This document shows positions 54,900-64,000 of a DNA stretch of 64,000 bases, one piece after another. Location of the stretch: contig CAVWVQ010000003.1 in assembly GCA_963758525.1 (NCBI GenBank), positions 1,344,001 through 1,408,000 of the forward strand, written 5' to 3'. The notes beneath the pieces are model-generated. The model saw only the letters and a list, made by a program, of their open reading frames with translations, was not told the DNA's origin and ran no database searches. Numbering within the stretch: the first letter of the stretch is position 1; each line of letters begins with the position of its first letter. A program made the position numbers and the translations under genes. The DNA comes from an uncultured Phycisphaerales bacterium. Lineage in GTDB: Bacteria; Planctomycetota; Phycisphaerae; Tepidisphaerales; Tepidisphaeraceae.

Positions 54900-57512
54900 C
54901 TACTGGTCCGGCTGACCGTTATAGACCCACAGGAGCAGATTTTTGATCAGGGCCTCGGCGTAGACATGATGATACCCCTTGATGCCCAGCGTGCTGGTGC
55001 CCAGCAGCGCGTTGGTCAAATCCAGCGGCGTGTAAATGATATGGCCCCGCCCAAAGCTGATCATTTCCGGCATCTCCGGCGTCTCCGCCATATCACGTCC
55101 GACCGGCTCGGTCAGCCGATCCATGCAGGGGCCGATCCCGTTCACCAGCGGATGAGTCGCGGGGATCGGCGCCGCTTGGGCATCTGGGATGAGCACACTG
55201 AGCAGACCGCTTTGCGATGATGCAAAATCGGGATTGCCGCCGCAGGAGTCGATCAGCAGCACGCCGCCGCTTCGAACGTAATTACGGATGGCATTTAATT
55301 CATCGTAAGAGAATTGGTGTGCATCCGTTCCCGTGAGATCCGCGATTGGATTGCGCTCCGCGTTCAGATCTTTGATGTCGACTGATTGCACGTTCGCCGC
55401 AAAGGACGTTTTCCACTGAAAGCCGCGGGCGAACCGCGTCCAGGCATAGGGCTCGGGGTCCCAGTTGCCCGAGTATCGAAGCCGGGCGACATTGATGGTC
55501 ACGTCGGGCTTGGCCGTGGGCGCTGGCACGTAAGTCGTGTCCAGCCGATTGTGAAAATCGCGTTTGCCGGCGGCATAGAGAAAAATGTTCAGCCCGAGCT
55601 GATAGGCCGGCTCTACCTTCTGCCAGTCGTGAACGTCCCAGGCCCGCGCCACGTCGCGCGGCGAGTTGACCATCAACAGGCGCGCACCGTTGCTCACGCC
55701 CTTCAAGGGAGGCGGCGCATCCAGCTTGAATAGCGCGTGATACAGCGGGTGATCCGGCGGAAGATCCTGGTATGGATATTCGGGGAAAAGCCTTTGCGCC
55801 AACTTTTCGGCAAAGGCGTTGAACGTCTGCGAATTGCCGTCGGCGTGCGTAAAGAGCAGGCCCCCGGCTCGCACGAAGTTGCGGAGCTGATCGCACTGGT
55901 CGCCCGAGATGAACGGTGCCCATGCGGCGGCGAGATACAGCACGGGCGATTCGGTCCACGCACGCCAATTCGTTGCGATCGGGACGAGTTGGGCGTTGAA
56001 GGTATGCTCGAGTTCGCGCGTGGCGTATCGCGCGAGGTTCGAGATGTCCCTCGGATGATCGAGCACGACGCCGTCGATGGTCAGCTTATTGAACAGCACC
56101 GGATGACGGCCGCGCGCCAGGAAGAGGAGCGTCAACGAGGTGTCGATCGGATCGCCGAAGGAGCCGTCCTTTTGTTGCCCCGCCAGTTGCGGCAGCGCCA
56201 GTTCGGTGTACCAGTCATGCTTGCCGAAGAATTTGTATCCGGACGCCAGCCCGGCGCGGGCGACGCCGTAGAGCGTATACGTGCCGAAGTGGGCATCATT
56301 GGGCAGGGCCATGATGTGATCCCCGTCATTCATCCAGGCGAGCGCCTTGATCAGCGCCATCGAGCGTGAATCAACACCGATGGTCGCGGATGGCGCGAGG
56401 CAATCATGCACGATGCACAGCGACGCGACCCCGGCCGCCGTCATCGAAAGCGTGCCGGGACGCCCCTGCTGATACCCGAAGCTGCCATCGGCGCTTTGAC
56501 AGTTCAGCCAATGCTTCTGAACGGCAAACCAGTATGAGTTGGGGATGGAAACTCCCACCTCGTTCCCCGCCCAGACGCCCAGCAGACCGTACTGAGAGTT
56601 GGAGTTGTCCCAGTTCAGGCTTTGCGTCGGGGGCCCGGGCGCGGGCATGCCATAGGTGTACGCTCCTTCACGACTGGCGCTCTGAAGCCACTGCACGTCC
56701 CGCACCAACACGGCGCGGTCGACCGACCGATCGATCAGCGCCAGGGCGTTGGCCCGCAGCGAGCGCCCGTACGTCTCGCTCCGCGGATCCATGATCTGTC
56801 GCTTCATCGCATCAATCGCCGGCCCCATGAAGTCGGATCGCGGAGTCAACTCCGGATCAGTAATCGCGTCATTGCATTGCAACAGCGCGTAGGCGCACAG
56901 CGCGTCTTCAGCGGTCTGATACGCGGGATCACCTTTGACCAGATGCGTTTTGGGATCGTACGCACTCATCAGAAAATGAGCCCCGCGGCTAATGGCGTCG
57001 CCGACCTGCTTGTCGTCGAGCGAGTTCATTTGGCCTGGCAATGGATGCGGCACCGGACGGATGACAACGATCGGCTTGGAAGTTGGGGCGGTCGTTGCAA
57101 CCGCCGGCTGGGTGAGCGGATGGACCGGAGGAGGCGGCGGTGGCGCCACAACGACCGGCAAAGATGCCGGCGGCGTCACGCTGTTTTGTGTTTCAGGGGA
57201 GTTGTCTTCCGGTGTGACTTCCACCGGGGCCGATGCGTGCTTTGCAGAGCCCGTGGTTTGAAAGTGCAGCACGCCCCAGAACCCGACAAAAAGCACGAGC
57301 AGCACAATCGAGCTGATGATGATGCTCTTGGGCGTGGAGAAGCGGTCGATCAGGCGCTCAAAAAAATTCTTCGGCGCCCATGCCTGCTCCGAAAGTTTGC
57401 CCTCCAGCACAAAGTATGCGCCGCAGTTTTCGCAATACGCGCCGACGACGCCCAGCCCCACGGAGTTGACCGTATCGCAGTGCGGACATCGTATTTTGCG
57501 GATGATCCTCAC
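54900..57512 (-). CDS. Membrane-anchored protein: Zn-ribbon, prenyltransferase/alpha-barrel-like region, two DUF4159-like domains
   Basis: CPHC...CENC; TM; DNSNSQYGLLG; LRNFVRAGGLL and IRNYVRSGGVLL repeats. Confidence 0.75.
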   Translation of the reverse strand: MRIIRKIRCPHCDTVNSVGLGVVGAYCENCGAYFVLEGKLSEQAWAPKNFFERLIDRFSTPKSIIISSIVLLVLFVGFWGVLHFQTTGSAKHASAPVEVTPEDNSPETQNSVTPPASLPVVVAPPPPPPVHPLTQPAVATTAPTSKPIVVIRPVPHPLPGQMNSLDDKQVGDAISRGAHFLMSAYDPKTHLVKGDPAYQTAEDALCAYALLQCNDAITDPELTPRSDFMGPAIDAMKRQIMDPRSETYGRSLRANALALIDRSVDRAVLVRDVQWLQSASREGAYTYGMPAPGPPTQSLNWDNSNSQYGLLGVWAGNEVGVSIPNSYWFAVQKHWLNCQSADGSFGYQQGRPGTLSMTAAGVASLCIVHDCLAPSATIGVDSRSMALIKALAWMNDGDHIMALPNDAHFGTYTLYGVARAGLASGYKFFGKHDWYTELALPQLAGQQKDGSFGDPIDTSLTLLFLARGRHPVLFNKLTIDGVVLDHPRDISNLARYATRELEHTFNAQLVPIATNWRAWTESPVLYLAAAWAPFISGDQCDQLRNFVRAGGLLFTHADGNSQTFNAFAEKLAQRLFPEYPYQDLPPDHPLYHALFKLDAPPPLKGVSNGARLLMVNSPRDVARAWDVHDWQKVEPAYQLGLNIFLYAAGKRDFHNRLDTTYVPAPTAKPDVTINVARLRYSGNWDPEPYAWTRFARGFQWKTSFAANVQSVDIKDLNAERNPIADLTGTDAHQFSYDELNAIRNYVRSGGVLLIDSCGGNPDFASSQSGLLSVLIPDAQAAPIPATHPLVNGIGPCMDRLTEPVGRDMAETPEMPEMISFGRGHIIYTPLDLTNALLGTSTLGIKGYHHVYAEALIKNLLLWVYNGQPDQ

Positions 57513-57673
57513 ATGCGCTCCGGCGGACCTCGCCCCTCCGACTGCTCAAAGGGAATGATAACATCCCGGCAACGGCAGATCGCAAAGTCACAGCTATCAT
57601 ATCACCCGCCAGCGCCGTCGGTGCGTTTCAGGGCGCATGACATGGTCCCGGGGATTCCCGGTAGCTGATTCTT

Positions 57674-57715
57674 CCCCCTCCCCTGGTACTCCGGAAGAGG
57701 GTCGGGGTGGGGGGC
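57674..57715. repeat. CCCTC-type palindromic repeat
   Basis: ccccctcccctggtactccggaagagggtcggggtggggggc. Confidence 0.75.
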
Positions 57716-57816
57716 GGTTGTTGTGTGCAAGTGTTCCTATCGTGTCTCATCTTCCCCGCTCTGGTCCCCGCGAGGGGCTTCCGAAAGCCGCACGAATCCT
57801 GCGCTTCACGCTTCGC

Positions 57817-59256
57817 TCACCATGCCTTAACGTAGCGGTCCATATCGAATTTCCGGTCCAATCCCGCGGAGTTCATATAGCGGACCGTGCCAAAGATCTT
57901 TCGCTCTCCCCACGGACGATCGTGCAGGCCGTAAATCCACCCGACGTTCGCATAGGCGTTTGGATCGCGACCGCACAGGAAGTATTTGTTGTTTAGATAA
58001 AGCGTCTGGTCGAATGCCTCCCGCGGCGTGCGCTTCCATTCAAGGATCTTCTTTCCCCAGTACATCCGCATGTAGTTGTGCATGTAACCAGTGCCGGTCA
58101 TCTCCCGCTGGGCCGCGTTCCAATACGGATCGTGGGTTTGCGCGGCCTCCAGTTCGGCGAGCGTGTAGACTGTGGCTCGCGGATCGCCCTCATGCTTCGC
58201 CAGCGTCTGCTTCGCCCATGCCGGCAGCGCATCGTAGCTGTCATAATCGTGCTTGAACTGAACGTAATTGAATGCCAGCTCCCGGCGCACGATCAATTCC
58301 TCCAGCAGCGAATCCCGATCCGCGGCTGGCGCGGATTCGGCTTTCATCGCCGCCAGGGCAATCTGCAGGGGCGAAATCTGGCCGAAATGGAGATACGCGC
58401 TCAGATGAGACGTCGCGTCCTCGGCGGGTTCATTCCGCTTTTCCGCATAGCCGGAAAGACGCCGCCGGATAAATTGCGCGAGCAACTTCCCGGCCGCCTC
58501 TTCGCCTCCCATGAATCGATTCGACGGGGCAACGCTTCGATCAAGTTTCAATTGCGCCAGCGCCGCGGGAACATCCGCCAGATCGATATTCGAGATGAGA
58601 TCGGCTCCTCGCTTGCGATCTTTCCCGCGCCGTTTGTTATTAGAAATATTTGAGATTTCAGATTTGAGATGTGAGATTTCAGATTCGAGACCGTCGCCCA
58701 TCGCGCGCTGCTTCACCTTGAGCGCGACCAACGGCACGAGATATTGGTCCCAGATTCGGTGAATTTTCGGTCGAATCGTCCTGGCCGCGAACTCCGCTTT
58801 GTCTGACACTTCTTCGACAGGACAAACCACGTCACTTTCGACCTGCACGACCCGGCAGGGAGATTTGTCGGCGACATGATCGCGCCATCGTTTTTGATGC
58901 CGCAGATAACCTCGATCGCAGACGAGCATTGCCGCGTTTTTCGCGCAACCGATCGCGACGTCTGCCGGGCTCCCGTGTTGAATCACGAATCGAATTCCCC
59001 GTTTCGACAGATTTCGCGCCACGTCGGCCAGTCCCTGGAGCATGAACGCATAGTGGCGTTCGTTTGCCTCGGGGTAATCGTCCATCAGCCCAAAGCAAAC
59101 GACCACCGGCAGGTTCAGTTCGTTCGCCTGTTCGATCGCGTATTCCAGCGCGTGATTGAAGCGCGTGCGCTGCGACGCCTGCATCCAGTAGAGGACGAAA
59201 TCACCCGCGGCGGATGGAGCGTCCTTCAGCAGGTGAACGCGTGTCGATTGGATCAT
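57817..59256 (-). CDS. phr: Class II CPD photolyase
   Basis: VLYWMQASQR..NHAL; S.LS.YLHFGQIS; THD.YWNAAQ; MHNYMRMYWGKKILEW; GRDPN; R.IFG.VRYM. Confidence 0.95.
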   Translation of the reverse strand: MIQSTRVHLLKDAPSAAGDFVLYWMQASQRTRFNHALEYAIEQANELNLPVVVCFGLMDDYPEANERHYAFMLQGLADVARNLSKRGIRFVIQHGSPADVAIGCAKNAAMLVCDRGYLRHQKRWRDHVADKSPCRVVQVESDVVCPVEEVSDKAEFAARTIRPKIHRIWDQYLVPLVALKVKQRAMGDGLESEISHLKSEISNISNNKRRGKDRKRGADLISNIDLADVPAALAQLKLDRSVAPSNRFMGGEEAAGKLLAQFIRRRLSGYAEKRNEPAEDATSHLSAYLHFGQISPLQIALAAMKAESAPAADRDSLLEELIVRRELAFNYVQFKHDYDSYDALPAWAKQTLAKHEGDPRATVYTLAELEAAQTHDPYWNAAQREMTGTGYMHNYMRMYWGKKILEWKRTPREAFDQTLYLNNKYFLCGRDPNAYANVGWIYGLHDRPWGERKIFGTVRYMNSAGLDRKFDMDRYVKAW

Positions 59257-59263
59257 CGGGCTG

Positions 59264-59316
59264 CTATATGACCTTGCGCGATTATGCGCTCCCAAAAACC
59301 GTTTAGCGGCTGCTCT
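59264..59316 (-). mobile_element. 53-bp IS-end-like repeat, copy 2
   Basis: Inverted copy of 52585-52637, ending 7 nt before the photolyase ATG. Confidence 0.8.
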
Positions 59317-59323
59317 AACACAA

Positions 59324-61549
59324 TCATTGCATTCGGTTTCTGACTGTCTCGGGTTTCACCACCGGCACTTCGACGCCGCCGTTCTGCATGGCGTCGAGCA
59401 CCTGCTTGGTCATCTTCTCGGACAGGTCTTTCATTGCCGCTGTCTGACCGTTGCCCTCGAACTTGAACCCGGACTTCTCGGCGACGAGCAGTCCGATCAA
59501 CGTCCCGAACAATCCCTGCCCGGGCCCCGCCGAGCCCGCCGTGTCCCCGCCGCCCGAGACAAACATATGCTCCGGCACCAGCGGCTGATTGCTCTTGGCC
59601 AGGTGCTCGGCCACCAGCGCTAATGCATACAGACGAGGATCGCCATACGACTGAATCTTCTGCATCAGCACCGACGCTTCCGACAAGCCGATCTGCAGCG
59701 TTCGCTGGCTCTCGCCTTTTCCGGCCAGCACCCGCTGACGACTTTCCGCCTCCGCGGTCACAACCGTCTGCTCCGCCTGACGCCGGGCGCGCTCCAGCTC
59801 CGCGTCGGCAACCACCACCGTCTGCTGCGCCTGCTTGCGCGAGCGCGACAGATCGGCGTCGCCCTGGTTCTCGGCGATGCGAATCTGCACCTGCGAATTA
59901 GTCAATTCCGTCTGCTTCTGCGCAAGAGCCTGCGCTTCATTGAGCGTCCGCAGTTTTTCCGACGCCGTCTTCTGCCGATCGAACGTCTCAAGCTGCTCGA
60001 TCGAGAGCTGGCGGATGCGAAGCTGTTCGAGCAGCGTTTCGATCTTCCCTCCCGCCTCGGCGGTGTCCGGCTTGCCGATCAGCACGTCGACACACTCGAT
60101 ATCAAACTCGCTGAATCGCCGCTGCAATTCCGCGCGCGATTCCACCTGGATGACATCGCGCTGCTGCAGCAACTCGAGCATTGTTTTCTTATGAGCGACG
60201 TCGCGGAAATACGCGCTGAGCATGGGATCCAGCGTCTGCGTGATCAGCTTCTTCACGTCGCCAAAGCGCTGAATCACGCTCGGCGCTTTCATGTAGTCAA
60301 TGTGCACGACCACGCTCAGCGGAAGCAACGGCTCATACGCGTCCTTCGTGACAAGGTCGATGCTCCTGAGACTGTCGTCGTAATGATGCGCTTCGGTCTT
60401 GCCGGTGATCCAGTGCAGCACGAAGTTAGTCGTCGGCACCAGAATCATCTGGCCGGCATAGGTATTGAAGGGGTACTTGCCGGGACCGAATGGCTTGTCC
60501 CAGACGCCGCGCTCGCCGCGCGCCACGCGCTCGCCATGGCGGAAGCTGTCGCCCGAAACGTCTTTGCCCATCGGCCCGTAGTAGCTGACGACCACGCCGA
60601 CGTAGCCGATCGGCACGACCATCTTCGGATTGATCTCGACAGTGGCGAACCAGCGGTTGATGAAATAGGTGCCATCAACCAGCGGAACGTATTGCCGCCC
60701 GCGCCGTCCGCCGGCACGGAGAAATGCCTCGGGGTCCTGGAAGTTGTTGTGGTAGTTGGCGTCGGTCGTGTCGTTCCCGACCGAGGGCGCGATGATCTCG
60801 CCGGGACTGAGCGACGGGCCGTCCTGAATCGTGACGATGCCGATGCTGTCCACGATCATGCTGCGGCCGGGAATGAGCGGGTCGGTGGTTTCGACAGGGC
60901 CGCCGATAACGACCGGGCTGAACCCGTCGATCTGCTTCAGCTCTTTCTGCCAGTCGAGCAGCTTTTCCAATTCGGCGCGTCCCTGAATGTTGAGGTGATA
61001 GACGGTGTCCTCCGTGATGACCACGAAGCATGCCAGGTTGATCGCGTAAACGCCTTCGCGCAGGATCGAGCGCTGCCGGCCGCGCTGCCCGCGCAGCATG
61101 CCGTCGCCCGTCGCGGCTTCTCCCAGAAACATCGCCGTGTCCTGAAAGTTGTTGCACGCCACCACCCGCGCGAGCGTGTGGCTCGGCTCCAGCGGCTGGC
61201 CGTCGCGCGCGTACACGTAGCCGACCTTCCCCTGCGGAATCGTCACCAGCGGCAGCTTATGAATGCGATACTGCCAGCGAAAGTAAAACGAATGGATGCC
61301 ACCGCGCAGGATCATCGCCTGGTATCCCGCTTCGCCATTGAAAGCGATGAAATGCCCCTCCGCGATCGATCCGCCAGCAGACCAGAGCTTCTCAACGATC
61401 CCGACGCGATCGTTGGGGATGTAGCGAACTCCCAACAGCGTTGGAATCGCGAGCAATCCCAGCAGAACCAGGAAGGTCAGTCCCGCCCAGCCGACGGCAT
61501 TGGGGGAAACCTGCGACAGCAGATCAGCGAGCAGTGAACCGGTGTTCAT
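59324..61549 (-). CDS. SPFH/flotillin-domain membrane protein
   Basis: N-terminal TM; VGIVEK; repeated GQRGRQ/GRRGRQ modules; band-7-like region and coiled-coil tail. Confidence 0.85.
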   Translation of the reverse strand: MNTGSLLADLLSQVSPNAVGWAGLTFLVLLGLLAIPTLLGVRYIPNDRVGIVEKLWSAGGSIAEGHFIAFNGEAGYQAMILRGGIHSFYFRWQYRIHKLPLVTIPQGKVGYVYARDGQPLEPSHTLARVVACNNFQDTAMFLGEAATGDGMLRGQRGRQRSILREGVYAINLACFVVITEDTVYHLNIQGRAELEKLLDWQKELKQIDGFSPVVIGGPVETTDPLIPGRSMIVDSIGIVTIQDGPSLSPGEIIAPSVGNDTTDANYHNNFQDPEAFLRAGGRRGRQYVPLVDGTYFINRWFATVEINPKMVVPIGYVGVVVSYYGPMGKDVSGDSFRHGERVARGERGVWDKPFGPGKYPFNTYAGQMILVPTTNFVLHWITGKTEAHHYDDSLRSIDLVTKDAYEPLLPLSVVVHIDYMKAPSVIQRFGDVKKLITQTLDPMLSAYFRDVAHKKTMLELLQQRDVIQVESRAELQRRFSEFDIECVDVLIGKPDTAEAGGKIETLLEQLRIRQLSIEQLETFDRQKTASEKLRTLNEAQALAQKQTELTNSQVQIRIAENQGDADLSRSRKQAQQTVVVADAELERARRQAEQTVVTAEAESRQRVLAGKGESQRTLQIGLSEASVLMQKIQSYGDPRLYALALVAEHLAKSNQPLVPEHMFVSGGGDTAGSAGPGQGLFGTLIGLLVAEKSGFKFEGNGQTAAMKDLSEKMTKQVLDAMQNGGVEVPVVKPETVRNRMQ

Positions 61550-61829
61550 AATAACCGTCCCCGGCGATCGCCGGATTGAATGAGTCGATCAAGAGGAGGT
61601 TATCATACCTCGCTTGAGGTGCGGCGCATCGGTATACGCGCACCGACCCCAACCGCTAAGTATCGGCAGAATCGACTATTGGAATTCGTTACGAAAATGG
61701 AGGCGGATTCTAGACGGATGAACGAGTGAATGCTCCTCGGCGACAAGCTCACGGCGCTTTCTTCAGAGCGAATTTCTGTTCTCCAGGAACGAGCGGATAT
61801 TCAAGTTCCCGCAACGGCGGACAGATCGG

Positions 61830-62165
61830 GTTCTTGCCAGTCCAAGCCGGGGAAGGCGCAAAGTCACGATTAAAGGTCATCCAGGTGCAGCCGCTCTCAG
61901 TCGCAAGGGCGGCAAGCTAGGCATCGGCGACGAGCTTGCCGGCGACCCGGCCGTCGCGGCAAAGACGGACAAACTCGCCAAAATGCTTCGCGCCGGGGAG
62001 GATCCGCACACAGTTCGGCAAGTTCCAGATGCGCTCGGCTTCCGCCAGCGCCGAGGCAAGCGGCGTCGGCACAGGAAATATCTTCCGATTGGTTACGATG
62101 CGAACGAAGCCCGACAAAACCAGTTCTGACATTCCGGGCGTATCAACCAAGCTTGCCGAGGTCAT
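61830..62165 (-). pseudogene. Degraded VapC-type PIN toxin
   Basis: LSGFVRIVTN.KIF..P...G.LVADA*LAALA.E.G....RDF: in-frame TAG at 61917, N-terminal D.NV motif missing. Confidence 0.75.
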
Positions 62166-62427
62166 GCGCCGGTCACAGGATCGCGAAATTGTTCGTCCTG
62201 AGCATCTTGAACACTCGCATTGCTGCTCAAACCAATTCCCGCCGCGGGTCCCCCTCCTTGAAACGTGATCATGCGATACCGAACCGCGGGTTTCTCTGTT
62301 TGCTCGACGCGCAACAGCATTTCGAGCAACGCATCATTCACGACGTCTGCGATCGCTTACCTTCAGCCGCCGCAAAGCGCTTCGCACGCTCCAGAAGCGG
62401 ATCGTGAATGTCCACAGTTGTTCGCAT
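62162..62427 (-). pseudogene. VapB-type RHH antitoxin, frameshifted
   Basis: MRTTVDIHDPLLERAK..AA.EG, then VVNDAL...TFQGGG..GI.LSSNA in another frame; ends in ATGA. Confidence 0.7.
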
Positions 62428-62548
62428 TGGCGGTAACGTAACGACCTTGCAATCTTATCGTCAAAGTATGATGCAAAGATGCCGCGCCGCGAAATCGCGG
62501 CACAAATCCGTGCACCCTATCAGTTTTTCCCCATGCCGCATCAAAAGC

Positions 62549-63118
62549 TCAGATCAACCGTCCGCCGGCTGTGAGCGGCACCGGCTGCGGACCGGGCTTG
62601 TAGCTCGGCTCGACCGCCAGTTGCAACGGACGCCGGCGTCCTGCGGGGGGCAATCCATCCTCGTCGATGATCCGCTGAATCGCCATGATCCCCTCAATCA
62701 ACGTCTCGGGCCGCGGCGGGCACCCGGGCACATATACATCGACCGGCATAAACTGATCGATCCCCTGAATCGTCGAGTACGTGTCGAACACTCCGCCCGT
62801 GCTGGCGCACGCCCCCATGCTGATCACCCATTTCGGCTCGGTCATCTGCTGATAAATATGCTGCAGAACCGGCATCATTTTGATCGTGACGCGCCCGGCC
62901 ACGATCATCAGATCGCTCTGCCGCGGGCTGAAGCGCATCGCCTCGGCCCCAAACCGCGCCAGGTCGTAGCGAGACGACGCGGTTGCCATCAGTTCGATCC
63001 CGCAGCAAGCCGTCGCGAACGGCATCGGCCACAGAGAGCTGCGCCGCGACCAGTTCACCACCCGCTTGAGAACCGTCGTCAGCACGTTGTCGGGCAATTG
63101 TTGAGTATCGAGATTCAT
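62549..63118 (-). CDS. nuoB: NADH-quinone oxidoreductase subunit B
   Basis: [49 protein letters not shown]. Confidence 0.97.
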   Translation of the reverse strand: MNLDTQQLPDNVLTTVLKRVVNWSRRSSLWPMPFATACCGIELMATASSRYDLARFGAEAMRFSPRQSDLMIVAGRVTIKMMPVLQHIYQQMTEPKWVISMGACASTGGVFDTYSTIQGIDQFMPVDVYVPGCPPRPETLIEGIMAIQRIIDEDGLPPAGRRRPLQLAVEPSYKPGPQPVPLTAGGRLI

Positions 63119-63348
63119 GGCAACATCCTTAATTTCGCTATCGACATTGTAAGTGCATCGCCGCGACGAAGCCAGAAGACGGCGTGCCCAGATTTTTGGA
63201 AGACTGCTCGTGCGTCTGGTGCTATTTCCGGGGTAGCCGTCGAGCTTGCTGGCGGTCTTCGGAGAGCCCGTGGAATAACTCAATGGCCACCAGCCAACTG
63301 TGGCCACCAGCCAACAGTGAATCGCGCGTGGAATCTGCTATCATTTCA

Positions 63349-63576
63349 ATGATGATCGTCCTCAAGGCCCATTTTGATGGCAAGGTGCTCGTGCCTGATG
63401 AGCCGCGTGATCTGCCTGTCAATCAATTCGTGCGGATCGAGCTTGAGCCCATCGAGCCATCCAACATTGTCAGCAATGCCTGGGTGAACTACCGCGAGCT
63501 CACGCGGCGATTGGCCGATCTCTCGACGCCGGGCGCCGAATTGTTAACGGAATCGGTCAGTCGAGCGAGGCGGTGA
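63349..63576 (+). CDS. Small antitoxin-like protein (DUF104/AF2212-like N-terminus)
   Basis: LKAHFDGKVLVPDEP.DLP motif; TATCAT just upstream. Confidence 0.65.
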   Translation: MMIVLKAHFDGKVLVPDEPRDLPVNQFVRIELEPIEPSNIVSNAWVNYRELTRRLADLSTPGAELLTESVSRARR

Positions 63577-63630
63577 ATGGTGCTCGTGCTCGACGCCAGC
63601 GTGTGGGTCCTTCATCTCACGAAAGCGTAG
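63577..63630 (+). pseudogene. PIN-toxin N-terminal stub
   Basis: MVLVLDASVWV...stop, directly abutting the antitoxin-like gene. Confidence 0.5.
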
Positions 63631-63945
63631 TAATCCTCAACGGTAAGCACGACGGTTCTGAGCGGTCCGCTGCGCCAACTCGGAATGCCCAACGGGCGGG
63701 AACGCTCGATACTTGCCGCCAGCGCCTTCTTTTCGGCGGTCGTCTGCGGCTGGTTCACCGGGTGAGAGACCAACGGATGGCAATCCGTTGGCTTTCTGGT
63801 TGTCTCTCGCTGGACAATCATGCGACCCGCTTCCGGCTCGCCGGCGGCGTCGCGGTGCGGCGGCCGTCAGCGTTAATTGCGTGGTTTTTGCCCTGAAGCC
63901 AACTTCAACATTACGGCGGAAGCCCCCTTTCTTTAGAATCTCCCC

Positions 63946-64000
63946 ATGCCCCGCCGCCAAGGCAATGTCCGCATTGGAATCTCCGGCTGGCGATACGTCC
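63946..64000 (+). CDS. DUF72-family protein, 5' end only
   Basis: MPRRQGNVRIGISGWRY motif; TAGAAT 6 nt before ATG. Confidence 0.7.
   Translation, partial: MPRRQGNVRIGISGWRYV

Overview
GC-rich bacterial chromosome segment, most likely a planctomycete of the Phycisphaerae/Tepidisphaerales type. This is inferred from LEPRxLL-type N-terminal motifs, a DUF4159 protein, ELWxxDGT and choice-of-anchor-Q secreted proteins, and 'PATQP' linkers. Core content: a complete alternative complex III plus caa3-type (A2) oxidase operon (actA-B-C-D-E-F-G, SCO, coxB-A-C-D; 28679-41752, minus), purH, a lone nuoB, a class II photolyase, a GMC oxidoreductase pair, an S9 peptidase, a Rieske protein, a CorC-type protein, and a 3530-aa FHA/acidic-repeat/two-TM giant protein. 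Many genes carry single-base frameshifts, often in homopolymers, which look like long-read assembly errors. The most unusual signals are non-coding or hidden. (1) A small element family with 14-bp GGGnnnAACTAAAG-type ends; one copy joins two truncated genes. (2) A 53-bp IS-end-like sequence placed just upstream of two unrelated genes. (3) A 69-bp module of 10-bp-phased repeats present twice, once in front of an HTH gene. (4) A stand-alone sRNA candidate with promoter, anti-SD-like seed and terminator. (5) An Rpn gene with an internal promoter and start. (6) Palindromic or tandem repeats translated in frame inside respiratory and repair genes. All family assignments come from motif recognition, not database searches.
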